DNA of 64,000 nt. Origin: Neoconidiobolus thromboides FSU 785 (taxonomy: Eukaryota > Fungi > Entomophthoromycota). How positions within the stretch are numbered: the stretch's first letter is position 1; each line of letters starts with the position of its first letter. The stretch is from assembly GCA_025603075.1 (NCBI GenBank), contig MU626264.1:158531-222530 (forward strand). Reading direction: 5' to 3'. Positions 1 to 12,459 of this stretch are shown here, one piece after another. A model generated the notes under the pieces. The model was not told the DNA's origin. It ran no database searches and saw only the letters and a list, made by a program, of their open reading frames with translations. The translations under genes and the position numbers were made by a program.

Positions 1-125
1 TGTTATAAAAAAAACTCTCAATGTTTTTCGTTTCTGTCTTGTACATTTTTTGCACGCAAATAATAGAATTTAGTTACATTTCAGACAAAAAAGATATTTC
101 CGATTTTAATGTTTTAATTTCAATA

Positions 126-232
126 TATGGGGATGTTTTTTTTTGGTTTCATCACCTTTTCGATTTCTTAAGTGCTGTTTGAGCAGAAAGATTGTTAATA
201 AAATTCTTGAATAAAAAAAATATATCCCCATA
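126..232 (+). mobile_element. ~105-bp foldback MITE-like element (GGGGATG family), copy 1
   Basis: TATGGGGATGTTTTT ... TATATCCCCATA terminal inverted repeat, TA flanks, shared core AAG(C/T)GCT-TTTGAG-GAAA-TTGTTA-TAAAATTCTT seen in about 24 copies. Confidence 0.85.
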
Positions 233-432
233 TGTTTTATGTTTTATAAATTATTTAAAGTCATAAAATTAAATCAAAATTATTATAAAAATATAAAATC
301 CATTTTTTATTTTAATATATAGTTTTATTATAAAAAATTATGTTCTATTATTTATTAACATGAAATAAAATACAATATAATATAATATAATAAGCAAATA
401 TAAAACTTATTTAATTATCAATAAGCTCAATA

Positions 433-537
433 TATGAGAGTGTTTTTTTTGGCTTCATTATTTTTTCCGTTTTTTAAGCGCTATTTGAGTGGAAAATATG
501 TTAGTAAAATTCTTAAATACAAAAATACATCCCCATA
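433..537 (+). mobile_element. GGGGATG-family MITE copy 2
   Basis: TATGAGAGTG...AAGCGCTATTTGAGTGGAAAA...AATACATCCCCATA. Confidence 0.85.
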
Positions 538-1665
538 TCTTTAAAACATATTTCTAATATATTGAACCAAGATTCTATGATTAGTCAAAAAAATAGACTA
601 AAAAGATTTTTATTTATTTATTTATATAAAAATAAAAACTATAAAAATATCGCAATGTTTAAAAAGTTAAAATTGTTTAACTAGATTCACACTTCTACAG
701 CTTTCATTCCACATTGACCCCTTATGTCCCTTTTTTCGTTCCCTTTTACTGCCGCAAGCATCTACAATACTTATAAGAGGTTTTTCGCTCATCAATTTAT
801 TAATGATACCCATAACCCCATCACCTCTATTAAATCTCTAACCTTGATCTCTTTGACTTAGTTAAGCCTAAAGAGGACTAAAATACTTTGAAGGGATTCT
901 GAGCCTACTAGTTTAATACCCTCCTTGTAACATTTTTGAAGAGTTATTTTTTTTTATATTGTTTTTATTTTGATAAATAAAGTACTTAGTGTCTAGACTT
1001 TTAAAGATGAAAAACTTTTATTAAATTAGCTTGAACATATTAAAAAAAAGGTATTAGAAAAAAACTTTTTAACAATTAAATCAAATAAGACACTCATGTT
1101 TTAAGTACTTTATTTATATTAAAACAATAGTTTTGATCCTTTCTATCAACAATTAATTGATTATAACCAATTTGCAAATTTTCATTGCAAAATTAGCCGC
1201 GAATTTTGTCCAAAAGAATCTAGATACATTTATAGTCATAGTAATTTCCGCCTAAAAATACACTAGACTATAAAAACTAATGGGCATTTATTCACTTAAA
1301 AAACAATGGAGAAAATTAAGAAATTGGGATAAGTGTTAAGGGGATTTTTTAGGTCCTAATATAAAAAGTAAAAGGAATAGTTTGGTATAGTTTTTTGAAT
1401 AATTCAAGACTGACTTTTAGCGGATCGGTGAATACTGAACGGGTGTTTTGTTAAAAGATCTAGTCCGAAAAAAGGCTTATGAGATTCAATAATAATTACT
1501 GTACATTATCTACCTAAAGTTTTTTTAAATTTTAACTTTATGATTACAAATCATAAATCAAAAAGCTACAGTAAACATTCACAACTTAAAACAAACTTAT
1601 AAAAATTTCCTATCAAATTATTGTAAAAAAACATATAATTTATTAAACTAAAAAGAATCAAAGAC

Positions 1666-2664
1666 CTAAGAACTAAAAGAAACTGGTGGTGAATGACTGA
1701 AAGAGTCTATAGTGATGGAGTCAAACCAAGATGAACCTGCTTTAGCCCAACCCATACCATAAACTGGGGAACAAGATAAGTGGATAGGAGAAGAGCTTAA
1801 AAGATTATTGTTACACTGGATATTATTGAATACATTTGACGATGTAAAAAAAGTTTCATTTATCGATATAAAATCATTTTGTTTATAACTCGATTTCGGT
1901 ATACATTTGATATGCTGATTTACTACTTCTTCCTTCAAGCTATCGTTGATACAATACCTTGAACCGAAACTTGGCTTTGGTTCTTTAATATATACACTGG
2001 GTTTAATGGTTACTGTATAATTTTTACCTTCGTTGTTATCCCAGTACTCATTATTACATACATTATATTGAATTGCAAATTTTAAACTATATTCCGCATT
2101 TACATCTTCGCTCGTTAACTTATCTTTTGGTAAGGTTAATACAAATTGAAATTGATCTTTATCTTGATTTATACTTTTATGATGATAAGCATCGATATGT
2201 GAAAATGAAGTCCAATTATCAAAGGTATATCTCACTATAACTTCTTTTTGAAAGGTTATATTGGTTACATTTATTAGCCCTTGAATTCTTGACTTATCTT
2301 TACTTAATTCGATACCTTCTAAATGAACCATATGATGATACCTATCTACAGTTGAATTGAAATTAGTCAATTTAATACTTAAAGGTATTTTCCCACTAAT
2401 AGATTGAGGACATAATGTTTTATCGAATCGCACTATTTTAGCTAATTCTTTACTTGAAAACTGGACACTTTTTAGTCCATGTTTACTATTAAAACTATCT
2501 TCTCTTTTTAATATCGGTTTAACAACTTCCCCCGAAATTTTACGTATTAATAGTTTTGGTTTAGGTTGAATCTGGGATTCAAAGATAGCATGAGTCAAAG
2601 ATAACGAAGTGGTAGGTACATGGTTTATTGTACTCAGTAAAGGAGGTGAGTAATTATAAAGCAT
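1666..2664 (-). CDS. CBM21-domain protein phosphatase 1 glycogen-targeting subunit (Gac1/PPP1R3-like), paralogue 1
   Basis: Intronless 332-aa ORF; KPILK and RVxF-type KSVQF motifs; CBM21 signatures VTNITFQKEVIVRYTFDNW and YWDNNEGKNY. Confidence 0.9.
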   Translation of the reverse strand: MLYNYSPPLLSTINHVPTTSLSLTHAIFESQIQPKPKLLIRKISGEVVKPILKREDSFNSKHGLKSVQFSSKELAKIVRFDKTLCPQSISGKIPLSIKLTNFNSTVDRYHHMVHLEGIELSKDKSRIQGLINVTNITFQKEVIVRYTFDNWTSFSHIDAYHHKSINQDKDQFQFVLTLPKDKLTSEDVNAEYSLKFAIQYNVCNNEYWDNNEGKNYTVTIKPSVYIKEPKPSFGSRYCINDSLKEEVVNQHIKCIPKSSYKQNDFISINETFFTSSNVFNNIQCNNNLLSSSPIHLSCSPVYGMGWAKAGSSWFDSITIDSFSHSPPVSFSS

Positions 2665-2850
2665 ATTTTTTTAAAAAAAAAATAGAATAAAAAAAGCGTT
2701 ATCTCTGATAAAGCTAAAATTTATAATTTTCGTTGATTATGGGGAAAATTGATTATTATCAGGGGTAGATTTGAAGTTTCTAATGTTGTTTATATACTAA
2801 TTCAATAATTGTATTGACGTCGACATTAGCTCCAAATGATTGGTTCTATT

Positions 2851-5507
2851 CTTATCACTTTTAAAGATGGAGGGTAGATAAAGGGAGTTGGGTAAACTTG
2901 TGTTTGTCTTAAACTTTCATTTCACTCAAATTAAATGTAAGAATGAGCTCATTTCAATTTATTCTCTAGAACTACAGGATTTTAATATAACATTTAGCAG
3001 ATAACAACGCCATATTAATAAAACTATTCGTATGAGTTTAAATTTATGTTATTATTACAATTGTATAAACTTTATTACTACTTTATTAATAAATAATAAA
3101 TAGTAAAAATAATACACTTAAATTGATTGATGTTAGTTTGTTTTATAATTCAAGTTTTAACCACAAATTGATGTGAGATCATTAAAGTTACATTGATTAA
3201 TGAAATATAAATAGGAATATTTTAATAACAAAGTGAGCCAAAGTTTAGGGGGTGGGATTTTTACAGATAACGGTATAGTGTGGAACTAATTTTCCATTTA
3301 ATATTGCGATTTTTTAAATTCAGGCGGTGCTCTTATCTTTGAAACTATTAAAACTACTAAAACTATTAAAGCTATTAAAAATATAGTAATAATAAAATAT
3401 AATATCAATAAACTTTAAGATAACTATAATACTTTAACAGAAATCAAGTTTTCTTATCTATTTATTCATCAAATAGCTGATTAAAATGAACATCCTTAGA
3501 CTTATTATTACGTTATTAACAATAGTTATTTAACTTTATAATTTAATTGCACAAACATGGTTCAGTTTCAAGCATAAAGTTTTGGGATTGAAAATTCTAT
3601 AGAATCTTTTTTGGGTTATTTTTATAAATGCAGTCTATTTTTAGTTAACTTTATCCCTTAAACGTTTTAATAAACTTGGAGGTAGTAAAAATACTCTTAT
3701 CTAAGGCAAAAGCTTGTACCATTTAGTATTAATTTATTAAAGTACGGATGGTTTGTAATAACAAAAAGGATAAGATGGAATTATAATTAATAGTTTCTTA
3801 TCTATGAAAACAAACTAAGTAATAACCAAACATAATGATTTGTTTAGTATAAACTTACGTTTGAATTTAAGAGTTAACTGAAGTTGAGATTTCTAGGCGT
3901 GAGAAAAATTAATGGAAACAAGGGAATTATTTTATTTCATTTAATCTTATAAAGTTAAACCTTAAAATTTAGTACCTCCTTTTTGAAAAGGGGATAAGAA
4001 TAAGAGTATAATTTGATATTTTTGAATTATCATTGCAAAATGAGTTAAAATTAATAGTTAAATAGTTATAAGATTCATACTATTAAAACGTGGCAAAAAG
4101 TAGAGATTAGACGGTGTTATTTGTTGTCTATCAAATAAAAGCACCTTATAATTTATAACTTAAATGAAAATCGTGGCAAATGTTATTTACTTAATGATAT
4201 AACCTTAATATTAATGGTGGTTAAGTATAGCGATAAGATAAAATAGTGATTTGATAGTACATTGAGGGGGATATACTATTATCAATAATCGAAAATTAGA
4301 TTACAAAATTCATAAAAGAACTATAAGTATTATTTTAAAAGTTTTATACCAGATTATTCCCATGTTATTATTATTTTTGAAGGTTTACGTATTTTTATAT
4401 TTTTAAAGGGGATTGTTTAAAATTTATTAAAACTTGCTTGATTTTACCACGGTATTAATCATTTCAAACATTTTTAAACTTCATAACACCCTTTCACTAC
4501 ATATGATCTTTAATAAAATCATATTATATTTTATATGTTTTTTTACTATAAATGTTTAAAATGTTTGACTTTCTTTTATATTATAATAATCCTAAATTAT
4601 ACTATAAACAAATAAATGTTAAATTAAATTAGGCTTATCTTTTATAATTAAAGATAATAATTTCAGTGTTTGATATCAAAAAATCGAGCCCACTAAGCTA
4701 AGAGTGGTGTTTTATTAAGCAAAAGCAACAAATAAGGAGTATCTCATGATAATATTTTTTAAAATAGATCAAGATCATGTTATCTTTTAATAAATGCTTT
4801 ATAAAACTTAGTTTAACTCAAATCAAACTGTACAAATTTATCTATTTTACAGGCGTAAATTTTAATCCATCTGACTCATTTTTTACTTTTGATTGTTAGT
4901 GATCTAATCATATTTACCCTGAATTTTTCCCTGAGTTTTTCCCATGCTTTTACTTACAATTCAAAATAAGGTGATTAGAAATTAAAACCTTAATAAGTTA
5001 ACGTAATAAAATAAAACAAAGTAAACGAACGATCTTATTTAATATTTATTTAATATAATACAATGTTATTTTATGAATATTGTATTATATAAAGATTCAA
5101 ATAATATATTATTATTATCTCTATACTTACTTTTTTATCTTAATTATATTTAAGCCAATCGTTTAATTAGTTTAAGTATTATGTATTTTATCGCTTCTTC
5201 ATTTATTTTTTTATTAACATCAGATTAAGTTAAAAATTAATCAATTTTAACAATTCAAGCGTGTATTGATATTCTACTAATAATATCAAGAAGCTATTTA
5301 TCAATAATAGCAATTAATTAAATATAAGTATTGTTTAATTAAACACTAAAATAATCTTGTATAATATTTTATTTGTATTTTACTTTTGTAAGTTTGTTAG
5401 ACTCAGCTTTTTTGTTTTGAAGATAACAACGTTCTATTAAAAATAAACCGATAAATTGCATACTAAATTTAGCAATTTACATAATGTTTGCTTGTCCTTA
5501 TCTTATC
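2851..5507. promoter_or_regulatory. Cluster of 11 GATAAG/CTTATC sites in the divergent promoter of CBM21 paralogues 1 and 2
   Basis: Sites at 2851, 3332, 3453, 3696, 3769, 3797, 3993, 4232, 4634, 5497, 5502; a rough composition-based expectation is about 2. Confidence 0.4.
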
Positions 5508-5734
5508 GCATAAATTTAATAATTTATGAGGAGGATCCTAATAAATTTAGAAATCCAATTCTTAGGAACCCCAAAAGTATAAATATGAACTCAAACTACT
5601 CAACTTTTTTTTTAAATCTCTTTTAAATTGAAAATAGAAATCTCTATAGTTTCAACTTTAATTGTATTTATTTAACTAGTTCTTCACTTATAAACATCCA
5701 AACTTATTTAATTATCAACTTTATTTATTACAAC

Positions 5735-6796
5735 ATGTTGTCCGTATCACCTTCTGCTTTATTTCAATTCCAATCTCAACTACACAATGTCAGTGTCAAT
5801 ACTGTATCTGTTCCAGCTTACAAGCCAACTAAAAAAGTTATCATCCCTAAGATCGAGGTTATTAAACCCCTTGCTACTTCAATCCCAGTTCATACTACCA
5901 ATCAAACCAAATCGGCTTTAAAGTCACCAGTAAGACCAGGTCATTCAAGATCGAAGTCAGTAACATTTAATGAGGAGCTTACTAAGGTACGTACCTTTGA
6001 TAAACTATTATGTCCTCAAGCAGTAAGTGGTAAAGTTCCTTTATCAATCTCATGTCCTGATTTGCTTCATCTTCAACATCGTATATTTTCACAACAAGTC
6101 TGTTTAGAGTCTATTGCTTTAGATAGCTTATGTGCTAGTATTATTGGTAAGATTCGTGTCAACAATCTCGATTATGCTAAAAAAGTCATCTTAAGATATA
6201 CCTTTGATGATTGGAATACAACTCAAGAAAGTGAAGCTGCCTACTTTCGTTCTTTATCTCAAACTTCAAATGCACAAGATTTATTCAAATATAAGATAGA
6301 TATTCCAAAGAGTATTTTATTTACAAACAATCCTAAAAAGGTATTCAAGCTTCAATTTGCTATTCAATATAATGTAAGAGGTGAAGAGCACTGGGACAAT
6401 AACAACAATAACAACTACATTGTTGATGTCAACCCTTCCTATTATGTTAATGTTCAAGAAACAGATAAAACTTGTTCAGCTCCTATTCCAATCAGACCTG
6501 GTAATTCAAACAGAGTCCGTTCTAAATCTTTTGACAGTTCTTCTCCTGCACCTTCCTTATCTAATTTAATTCAAAATACAACTACCAACTCACCCTTTTC
6601 AACCCGCTATAGCTTTGAACAATCTTTAAAGTCTAGTAGATCGGCCAAGGTGGACCTTAAATCATTTTGCAATGAGGTTCAAGCTTTACAAAGTGAACAA
6701 ATCCGTTCTCAAGCACAAGTCCATTATGAGCCTGTGTCATGTTCTCCTATCAGTAACTACCAAAGCTTTGGATGGGGAAAATCATACTGTAATTAA
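5735..6796 (+). CDS. CBM21-domain PP1 glycogen-targeting subunit, paralogue 2
   Basis: Intronless 353 aa; KSALK, KSVTF (RVxF-type), VNNLDYAKKVILRYTFDDW, HWDNNNNNNY. Confidence 0.9.
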   Translation: MLSVSPSALFQFQSQLHNVSVNTVSVPAYKPTKKVIIPKIEVIKPLATSIPVHTTNQTKSALKSPVRPGHSRSKSVTFNEELTKVRTFDKLLCPQAVSGKVPLSISCPDLLHLQHRIFSQQVCLESIALDSLCASIIGKIRVNNLDYAKKVILRYTFDDWNTTQESEAAYFRSLSQTSNAQDLFKYKIDIPKSILFTNNPKKVFKLQFAIQYNVRGEEHWDNNNNNNYIVDVNPSYYVNVQETDKTCSAPIPIRPGNSNRVRSKSFDSSSPAPSLSNLIQNTTTNSPFSTRYSFEQSLKSSRSAKVDLKSFCNEVQALQSEQIRSQAQVHYEPVSCSPISNYQSFGWGKSYCN

Positions 6797-7734
6797 TAAT
6801 TCTAAGCTGGGCTTATTAAAAGTTTTCTATGTTTATTTAATCATTGCTTTATTTAATTTTGTTCTAAAAGGACAGTTAATAAAAATAAAATGTTATGATC
6901 TCACTATTGCACTAAAATTTAAAGTATAAATTGTTCCTAGGTTAAATTAACGCTATAAAATTTAGAAGGTAAAGTTACATAGTTTCTATAAAAGTTATAT
7001 GAAATTAATTTATAATTAAATAAAGATAGAGTTTGGAAAAAAATAATAGAATAAATACGAAAAGGAGTTTAAAAATATATATACAGAAAAATAACACTTT
7101 AAAATAATACAAATTCTATAAAGAAAAAATTAATATCATTACAAATATTTATCTTATACCTTTCATTTTATACTTATATTGTGAAAAGAATAATTATAAA
7201 TCAAAACCAAAATGCTGTTACTTTTGGGGTATCATTAGTAAACTATTAGTAAGTAATAAATTAGAACTTCATTAAAAGTAAGTAGATTAGCCGAATAAAT
7301 GAAAATAAAATACTTGATTGTAGCATTTATAATATTTGAAGTAAATACGACAAACTATCATATTAAAAAAAATAAAATAATTAAAGTATATATGGAATGA
7401 TAAATACAAATTAATTTTTTTAATGATATCAGTTTGGAGTCACTTTTTTTATCTTTATAACATTGTTAATTCCTATATTGACCTCTTTCGAGTATTATAC
7501 TTGATTTTACTATTGAGAATAAAGCGATTTTCATATTTTTATTGTTTTAAAATGAAAATTGAGGTTTGGTTTTATTACCTCTTATCGCTTTATAATGAGA
7601 TAAGGATGATAAAAAGAAGAAATTATAAATCATTGATTTCTAAAAACAAAATAGAAAAAGCAGATGTAAAAATATAATATATTTTTAATAATACTAAATA
7701 AATTAAGACTAAAAACTAATACAATTCTTTTTTT

Positions 7735-8880
7735 TCAAGTATGTAAAGGTGAACTATTATTACTATTTCTATCCTCCATGGGAATAGAGTCATAAAAACT
7801 TTTACTAGTATTTGGTAAATTATAAAAATAAGGGCTAGTACTGGCATTAAAACTACCTGGTTCAAATTGAGCTTCATTCTCTGGTGATGGTGGGTCATAC
7901 AATAACCATCCATTAGTATTCTTGCCACTCGCTTTATTCATACTATCTACTTTAGAAATAATAGCCTCACTTCGGCTACCATTCTCTTGTTTAACATTAT
8001 TTTTAAATGAGTATCTAGCCCCAAATTGGGACTTTGTTTCATTTAGTCTAAAATTATCAGGTGAAGACAGATCAGGTGAAGCACCATAGCTTGAAGCTAA
8101 GTCAAAAGAATTACTACGTCTACCTTTTGGTAGTGGGATGGCTACACTTTGCTCCATATAATCTGGATCTACTTCAATGTTGGGTGTAATTTCTATAGAG
8201 TAATTTCTACCTTGATTGTTATCCCAGTATTCTTTTCCACAGCAATTAAATTGAATCGCAAATTTAATGGAATGAATTTCATCTGGGTCATTGCTTACTC
8301 GCATCTCTGGTGGGATCATTAAATCAAATCTAAATATATCTTGTTGTATAGCTGATAGATGTACAGGCCTTAAATATTTGGCATAAATGACTTGAAACGA
8401 TGTCCAATGATCAAAACTATACCGTACCAATACTTCCTTGGCAAAGCAAAGGTTTTGCACTCTTATCAAGCCTACTATTGCTGAGTTTTCTTTATCTAGT
8501 TCAATGCTTTCCAAAACAACGGGTAAACTTTCAAGGAAAGATGAATTACTAGAGAAATTGATTACTTTCATAGTCATAGGAATGATACCACTAACGGATT
8601 GAGGGCATTCTAATTTATCATAAGAACGTACACGTACCAAATTACTGGTGAAAGAAACTGCTTTTGGACTGTGAGGAGCACTACCATCGGTATAATGCTT
8701 TAATGCAGATTTTACTACTTCCCCGGATTTTTTTCTTACTAGTTTTGGACGGCCGTTTGGTGGACTTACAGTACCATTATTAGTATTAGATTGATTTAAG
8801 TTACGCTCATAAGTAGCGTGGGTAAATGAGATTTTGGTTGTGATTGGATCATTCAAAGTTTTTGGATAAAACATAATCAA
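7735..8880 (-). CDS. CBM21-domain PP1 glycogen-targeting subunit, paralogue 3
   Basis: Intronless 381 aa; LVRKKSGEVVKSALK, KAVSF, VQNLCFAKEVLVRYSFDHW, YWDNNQGRNY. Confidence 0.9.
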   Translation of the reverse strand: MIMFYPKTLNDPITTKISFTHATYERNLNQSNTNNGTVSPPNGRPKLVRKKSGEVVKSALKHYTDGSAPHSPKAVSFTSNLVRVRSYDKLECPQSVSGIIPMTMKVINFSSNSSFLESLPVVLESIELDKENSAIVGLIRVQNLCFAKEVLVRYSFDHWTSFQVIYAKYLRPVHLSAIQQDIFRFDLMIPPEMRVSNDPDEIHSIKFAIQFNCCGKEYWDNNQGRNYSIEITPNIEVDPDYMEQSVAIPLPKGRRSNSFDLASSYGASPDLSSPDNFRLNETKSQFGARYSFKNNVKQENGSRSEAIISKVDSMNKASGKNTNGWLLYDPPSPENEAQFEPGSFNASTSPYFYNLPNTSKSFYDSIPMEDRNSNNSSPLHT

Positions 8881-10425
8881 AAAGTGAATAATTTCAATTT
8901 AAAAGGTTAAAAATAAAATAAACACATAAAGGTTTAAATCAGTTAAAAAAAGTTAACTTGATTTTTTCTCCCTTGCTTTTATCTTAGGGGGCATAACAAT
9001 GATGTCAAACATTGATTACTAAATTAAATTTGTTTTATAGGTGGAGTAAAAATCTGGTTGATTTAAAAATTTTACTGCCATAGCTTAAATTGTTTTGTAT
9101 ATAATAGAACCAATATGTGATATATAATTTGATTTTCCTTTATATTGTTATTTACTTTCATATTATTCAATCGATATTGGTATTTTTTATTTAACAATAA
9201 CAAAGTTTACAGTAATTAACACAAGCTGTTAATCCTTTTAAAAAGAGCAATATAATGTACGGGAATATTTTTTTCATTTCAGTATCTTGTCCAATTTTAA
9301 ATAGTCTAATTTTTTAAATTATCAGTTAGCTGATATACGAAAACATGCCTATAATATTTAAAACAAGCAGATATCACGATAAGGAGTTCCAAGGTACAAA
9401 TTACGATAAATTAATAATCAAAATTAATAATCAAAGCTTATCTTATGTGGTAAACTTTAGTTTACTAATATGAATAGTTTTGATTTATATTTTCAAAACT
9501 TTTGTCCATTATAAACTCTAGTTGCCATGTATATTAAATAGTAATACAAATTATTTAAAATAGCTAATAAAATTGAATTTATAATATATCATGTATGGAC
9601 CAATAAAATAGCCTGATTTACTATAAAAAGTAAATGACTGTATTTTATTTATAAGTCCAATAAAAAACTTTTGCAATTTTAGATTATTTAAATAGCGAAC
9701 AAAATGGAAACAAAAATTATCAAGTGTGATGCTTAAAAAGGTTAATTTGAAGCTATTGATTTATTACTCAACTCTTGTACTTTAAAATTCATTATATGGA
9801 AATGTATATTTTTGTTTAGGAACTTTACTAACAATCTTTTTGTTCAAATAGCGCTTAAAAAATGTAAAAAATGATGAAATTTAAAAAAACTTCCTTATAT
9901 TTATTCAAAAAAATTATTTGTTATTATTATATTATTTCCCTGTAATGATTATTACTTCACCAGCTTTATTCAAATTAATAAGAAACTTTAAAAAATATTT
10001 ATTTGGAGGATAGCATGTCAAGATAAATCTATATGTTTCTCAAAAAACTATTAGTCTATTCAGAAGCAAATACTAATACTAGTTTTTGTCATGTATTGAT
10101 TTCCCTATAATTCTATGTTTTTTTTAATTAATACAAACATGTGAAACTAACCTTTTAGAAATTTTAACAAAATTCCAAAAGAGGATGCCCCCTCAAATAA
10201 AATACTAGCTAAAAAAATAAGAGTAGAAGTGTAGGTAAGAAAAAAGAGTGATGTAAAAATAAAAAAATAGAATTACAAATGAAAGCTCGCATTCACTAAT
10301 GGCGACTTTAAACTATATGGATCAGTTTTCATTGATTTTTTATATATATTGTGTATTTTTATTATCCCCTTTTTATTAATTTATTATTAAGTATCAAATA
10401 AGCTATTAGTAACTCTATTTCAATT

Positions 10426-10530
10426 TATGGGAATGTTCTTTTTGGCTTCATCACTTTTTCTATGTTTTAAGCGCTATTTGAGCGGAAAAATTGTTAATAA
10501 AATTCTTAAACACAAAAATACGTCCCCTTA
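10426..10530 (+). mobile_element. GGGGATG-family MITE copy 3
   Basis: TATGGGAATG...AAGCGCTATTTGAGCGGAAAAA...ATACGTCCCCTTA. Confidence 0.85.
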
Positions 10531-10797
10531 CTATATTTTCAAAATTATTGTGTTATAACAGCTATTTTTAACTATGGGTTGCACTATAGCAAGTGCTTTA
10601 TATTAATTTTAAATTAAAGTAAGAAAGTACATTAAGCTCAGTTAGAAAAAAGATAGTTTGATAAGTAATATCCATGCTCCTTTAAAAAAAAGCTCAGTAT
10701 TAAACAATTTTGTATAAAAAATAAGTCATCTTAAGAACTCTGGTTTGTTTATATTCAATGTCCAAACTAGTAAAGTAGGTCATAAATTAAAAGAAGA

Positions 10798-12050
10798 TAT
10801 GGGGATGTCCAAATTAGTTTCACTTTTTTTCCAATTTTTAAAAATTATATATTTTAAAACCACTTGAAATTCTATAAAAATAAAGAATTTATTAAAAAGT
10901 AAAAGTACCTAACACAGTTTTAATTTTATTATAGTTTATGTTACAAGTTAGCAGAATTTCTACTAAATTTAATAAAATTTTCCAGATTGGCAAAGCTTTT
11001 ACCAATGTAACCTATACATTGATATTAATCAAAGGTGTAATAGGTAAATAAATACATGTTTTCATAAAACTTTATATGAAATATCGCTTTGTCAGCCTCA
11101 TGATTAATTATAGGATAATAATCGCCTAAGCTGTTGTGTTCTCGAGTTTAGAGACAGTCAATTCCACGTTCCTAGCTTGATTTACTATGAGAATTTCTAG
11201 CTTCATTCCAAAGAATATTCTTCTCATTTTGATATTTGTGCTTGCCAGAGTATAAAAGGGATTTTAGAGTATAATAGTTCGAAGCTTTTTAACTGAATTA
11301 TTCCTTGACATCTCGTACATTTAGTAAAGACACTAAGTTTTCTTAATAGTATTTTACGTAGATTTTACATTAGTATTGTTTATTCTATTTGTCTTATACA
11401 GCCCGTAGCCTATTACATGCTATTCTTCATAATTTAAGTCTATATTAGTCACATAAACTAAGGCCTTTCGACTTATAGTGTAGTCAACCAGAAAACAGCT
11501 ATTTTTGACTCCAATCACTGAGTACCAGATTTCACGCTTTATTAAGAAGTATCTATTATTAATTACTTTATAGTCAACATTGGAGATTTGCTATCAAATA
11601 AATGAATAATTTTAATATTATAATTACATTATTGGTATATTACTAAGTTAATAAATAGCTGTATGGGAGGGAGTGATTAGCCTTAAAGCTATAACTAGTT
11701 ATCTTTATATAATATAAGCAATGTAATAATAGTTTTTATTTATTATTACAACTATCTGCCTTTTAGTTATTTATTGACTTAGTTACTAATAATTTAAGAA
11801 TATTAATATTTAATAATTAATTTGTATTACTTAATAAGCTACTTATTTGCTTGATAAGCATTAAAGCTTTTAAGTTTTCTATTATTATAAATAAGCTAGG
11901 GATGATTTTTTATTTTTTTATTTTCTATAAACTTTATAACTTTAATTAAGATTATATTGGATTTTTTTAATTTATCAGATACTGGATAAAAACATAGTTT
12001 ATTATTATATTTAATAAAATATGATATTTTCTAATGCTCTACATTTTTTA
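10798..12050 (+). mobile_element. Long non-coding GGGGATG-family element, copy A (right end not found)
   Basis: Starts TATGGGGATGTCCAAATT; co-linear with 48240-48580 and 60543-61400 (AAAAGTACCTAAC, ATGGGAGGGAGT, TCAGATACTGGATAA blocks). Confidence 0.65.
11075..11536 (+). mobile_element. 462-bp solo-LTR-like element, copy 1
   Basis: TATGAAAT...ATTTCACG ends flanked by exact 5-bp direct repeat CTTTA (11070-74, 11537-41); TATAAAA at 11251; aligns with 48582-49022 and 63594-64000. Confidence 0.75.
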
Positions 12051-12170
12051 GATATATGATACAAAGACTTTTAAATTTTAGGATAGTTTCCTGTATCTGC
12101 TTATATATTAATTTTTATAGACCTTCTAAATAAAAGTTTTTTTATTAAATTAATTAAATAGTTTTTTGCA

Positions 12171-12275
12171 TATGGAGGTGTTTTTTTTGATTTCATCACT
12201 TTTTCTATTTTTTAAGCACTATTTGAGTAGAAAGATTGTTAGTAAAATTCTTAAACGCAAAAATACATCCTCATA
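12171..12275 (+). mobile_element. GGGGATG-family MITE copy 4
   Basis: TATGGAGGTG...AAGCACTATTTGAG...ATACATCCTCATA. Confidence 0.85.
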
Positions 12276-12355
12276 TACTGAATTACAATCTAATATTCCA
12301 AATAAATAACTAAAATCAACTCCATTTATTATTTATTTAAAGCTTAAAATTATTA

Positions 12356-12459
12356 TATGTGGATGTTTTTTTTGGCTTCATCACTTTTTCTATTTTTTAA
12401 GCGCTATTTGAGTGGAAAAATTGTTAGTAAAATTCTTAAATACAAAAAGACATCCCTAT
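12356..12459 (+). mobile_element. GGGGATG-family MITE copy 5
   Basis: TATGTGGATG...AAGCGCTATTTGAGTGGAAAAA...GACATCCCTA. Confidence 0.85.

Noticed and set aside
4086-4180. Two CGTGGCAAA motifs resembling the Rpn4 PACE element
   Set aside because: Imperfect match, over 1 kb from any start, and not beside the proteasome gene, whose promoter lacks it.
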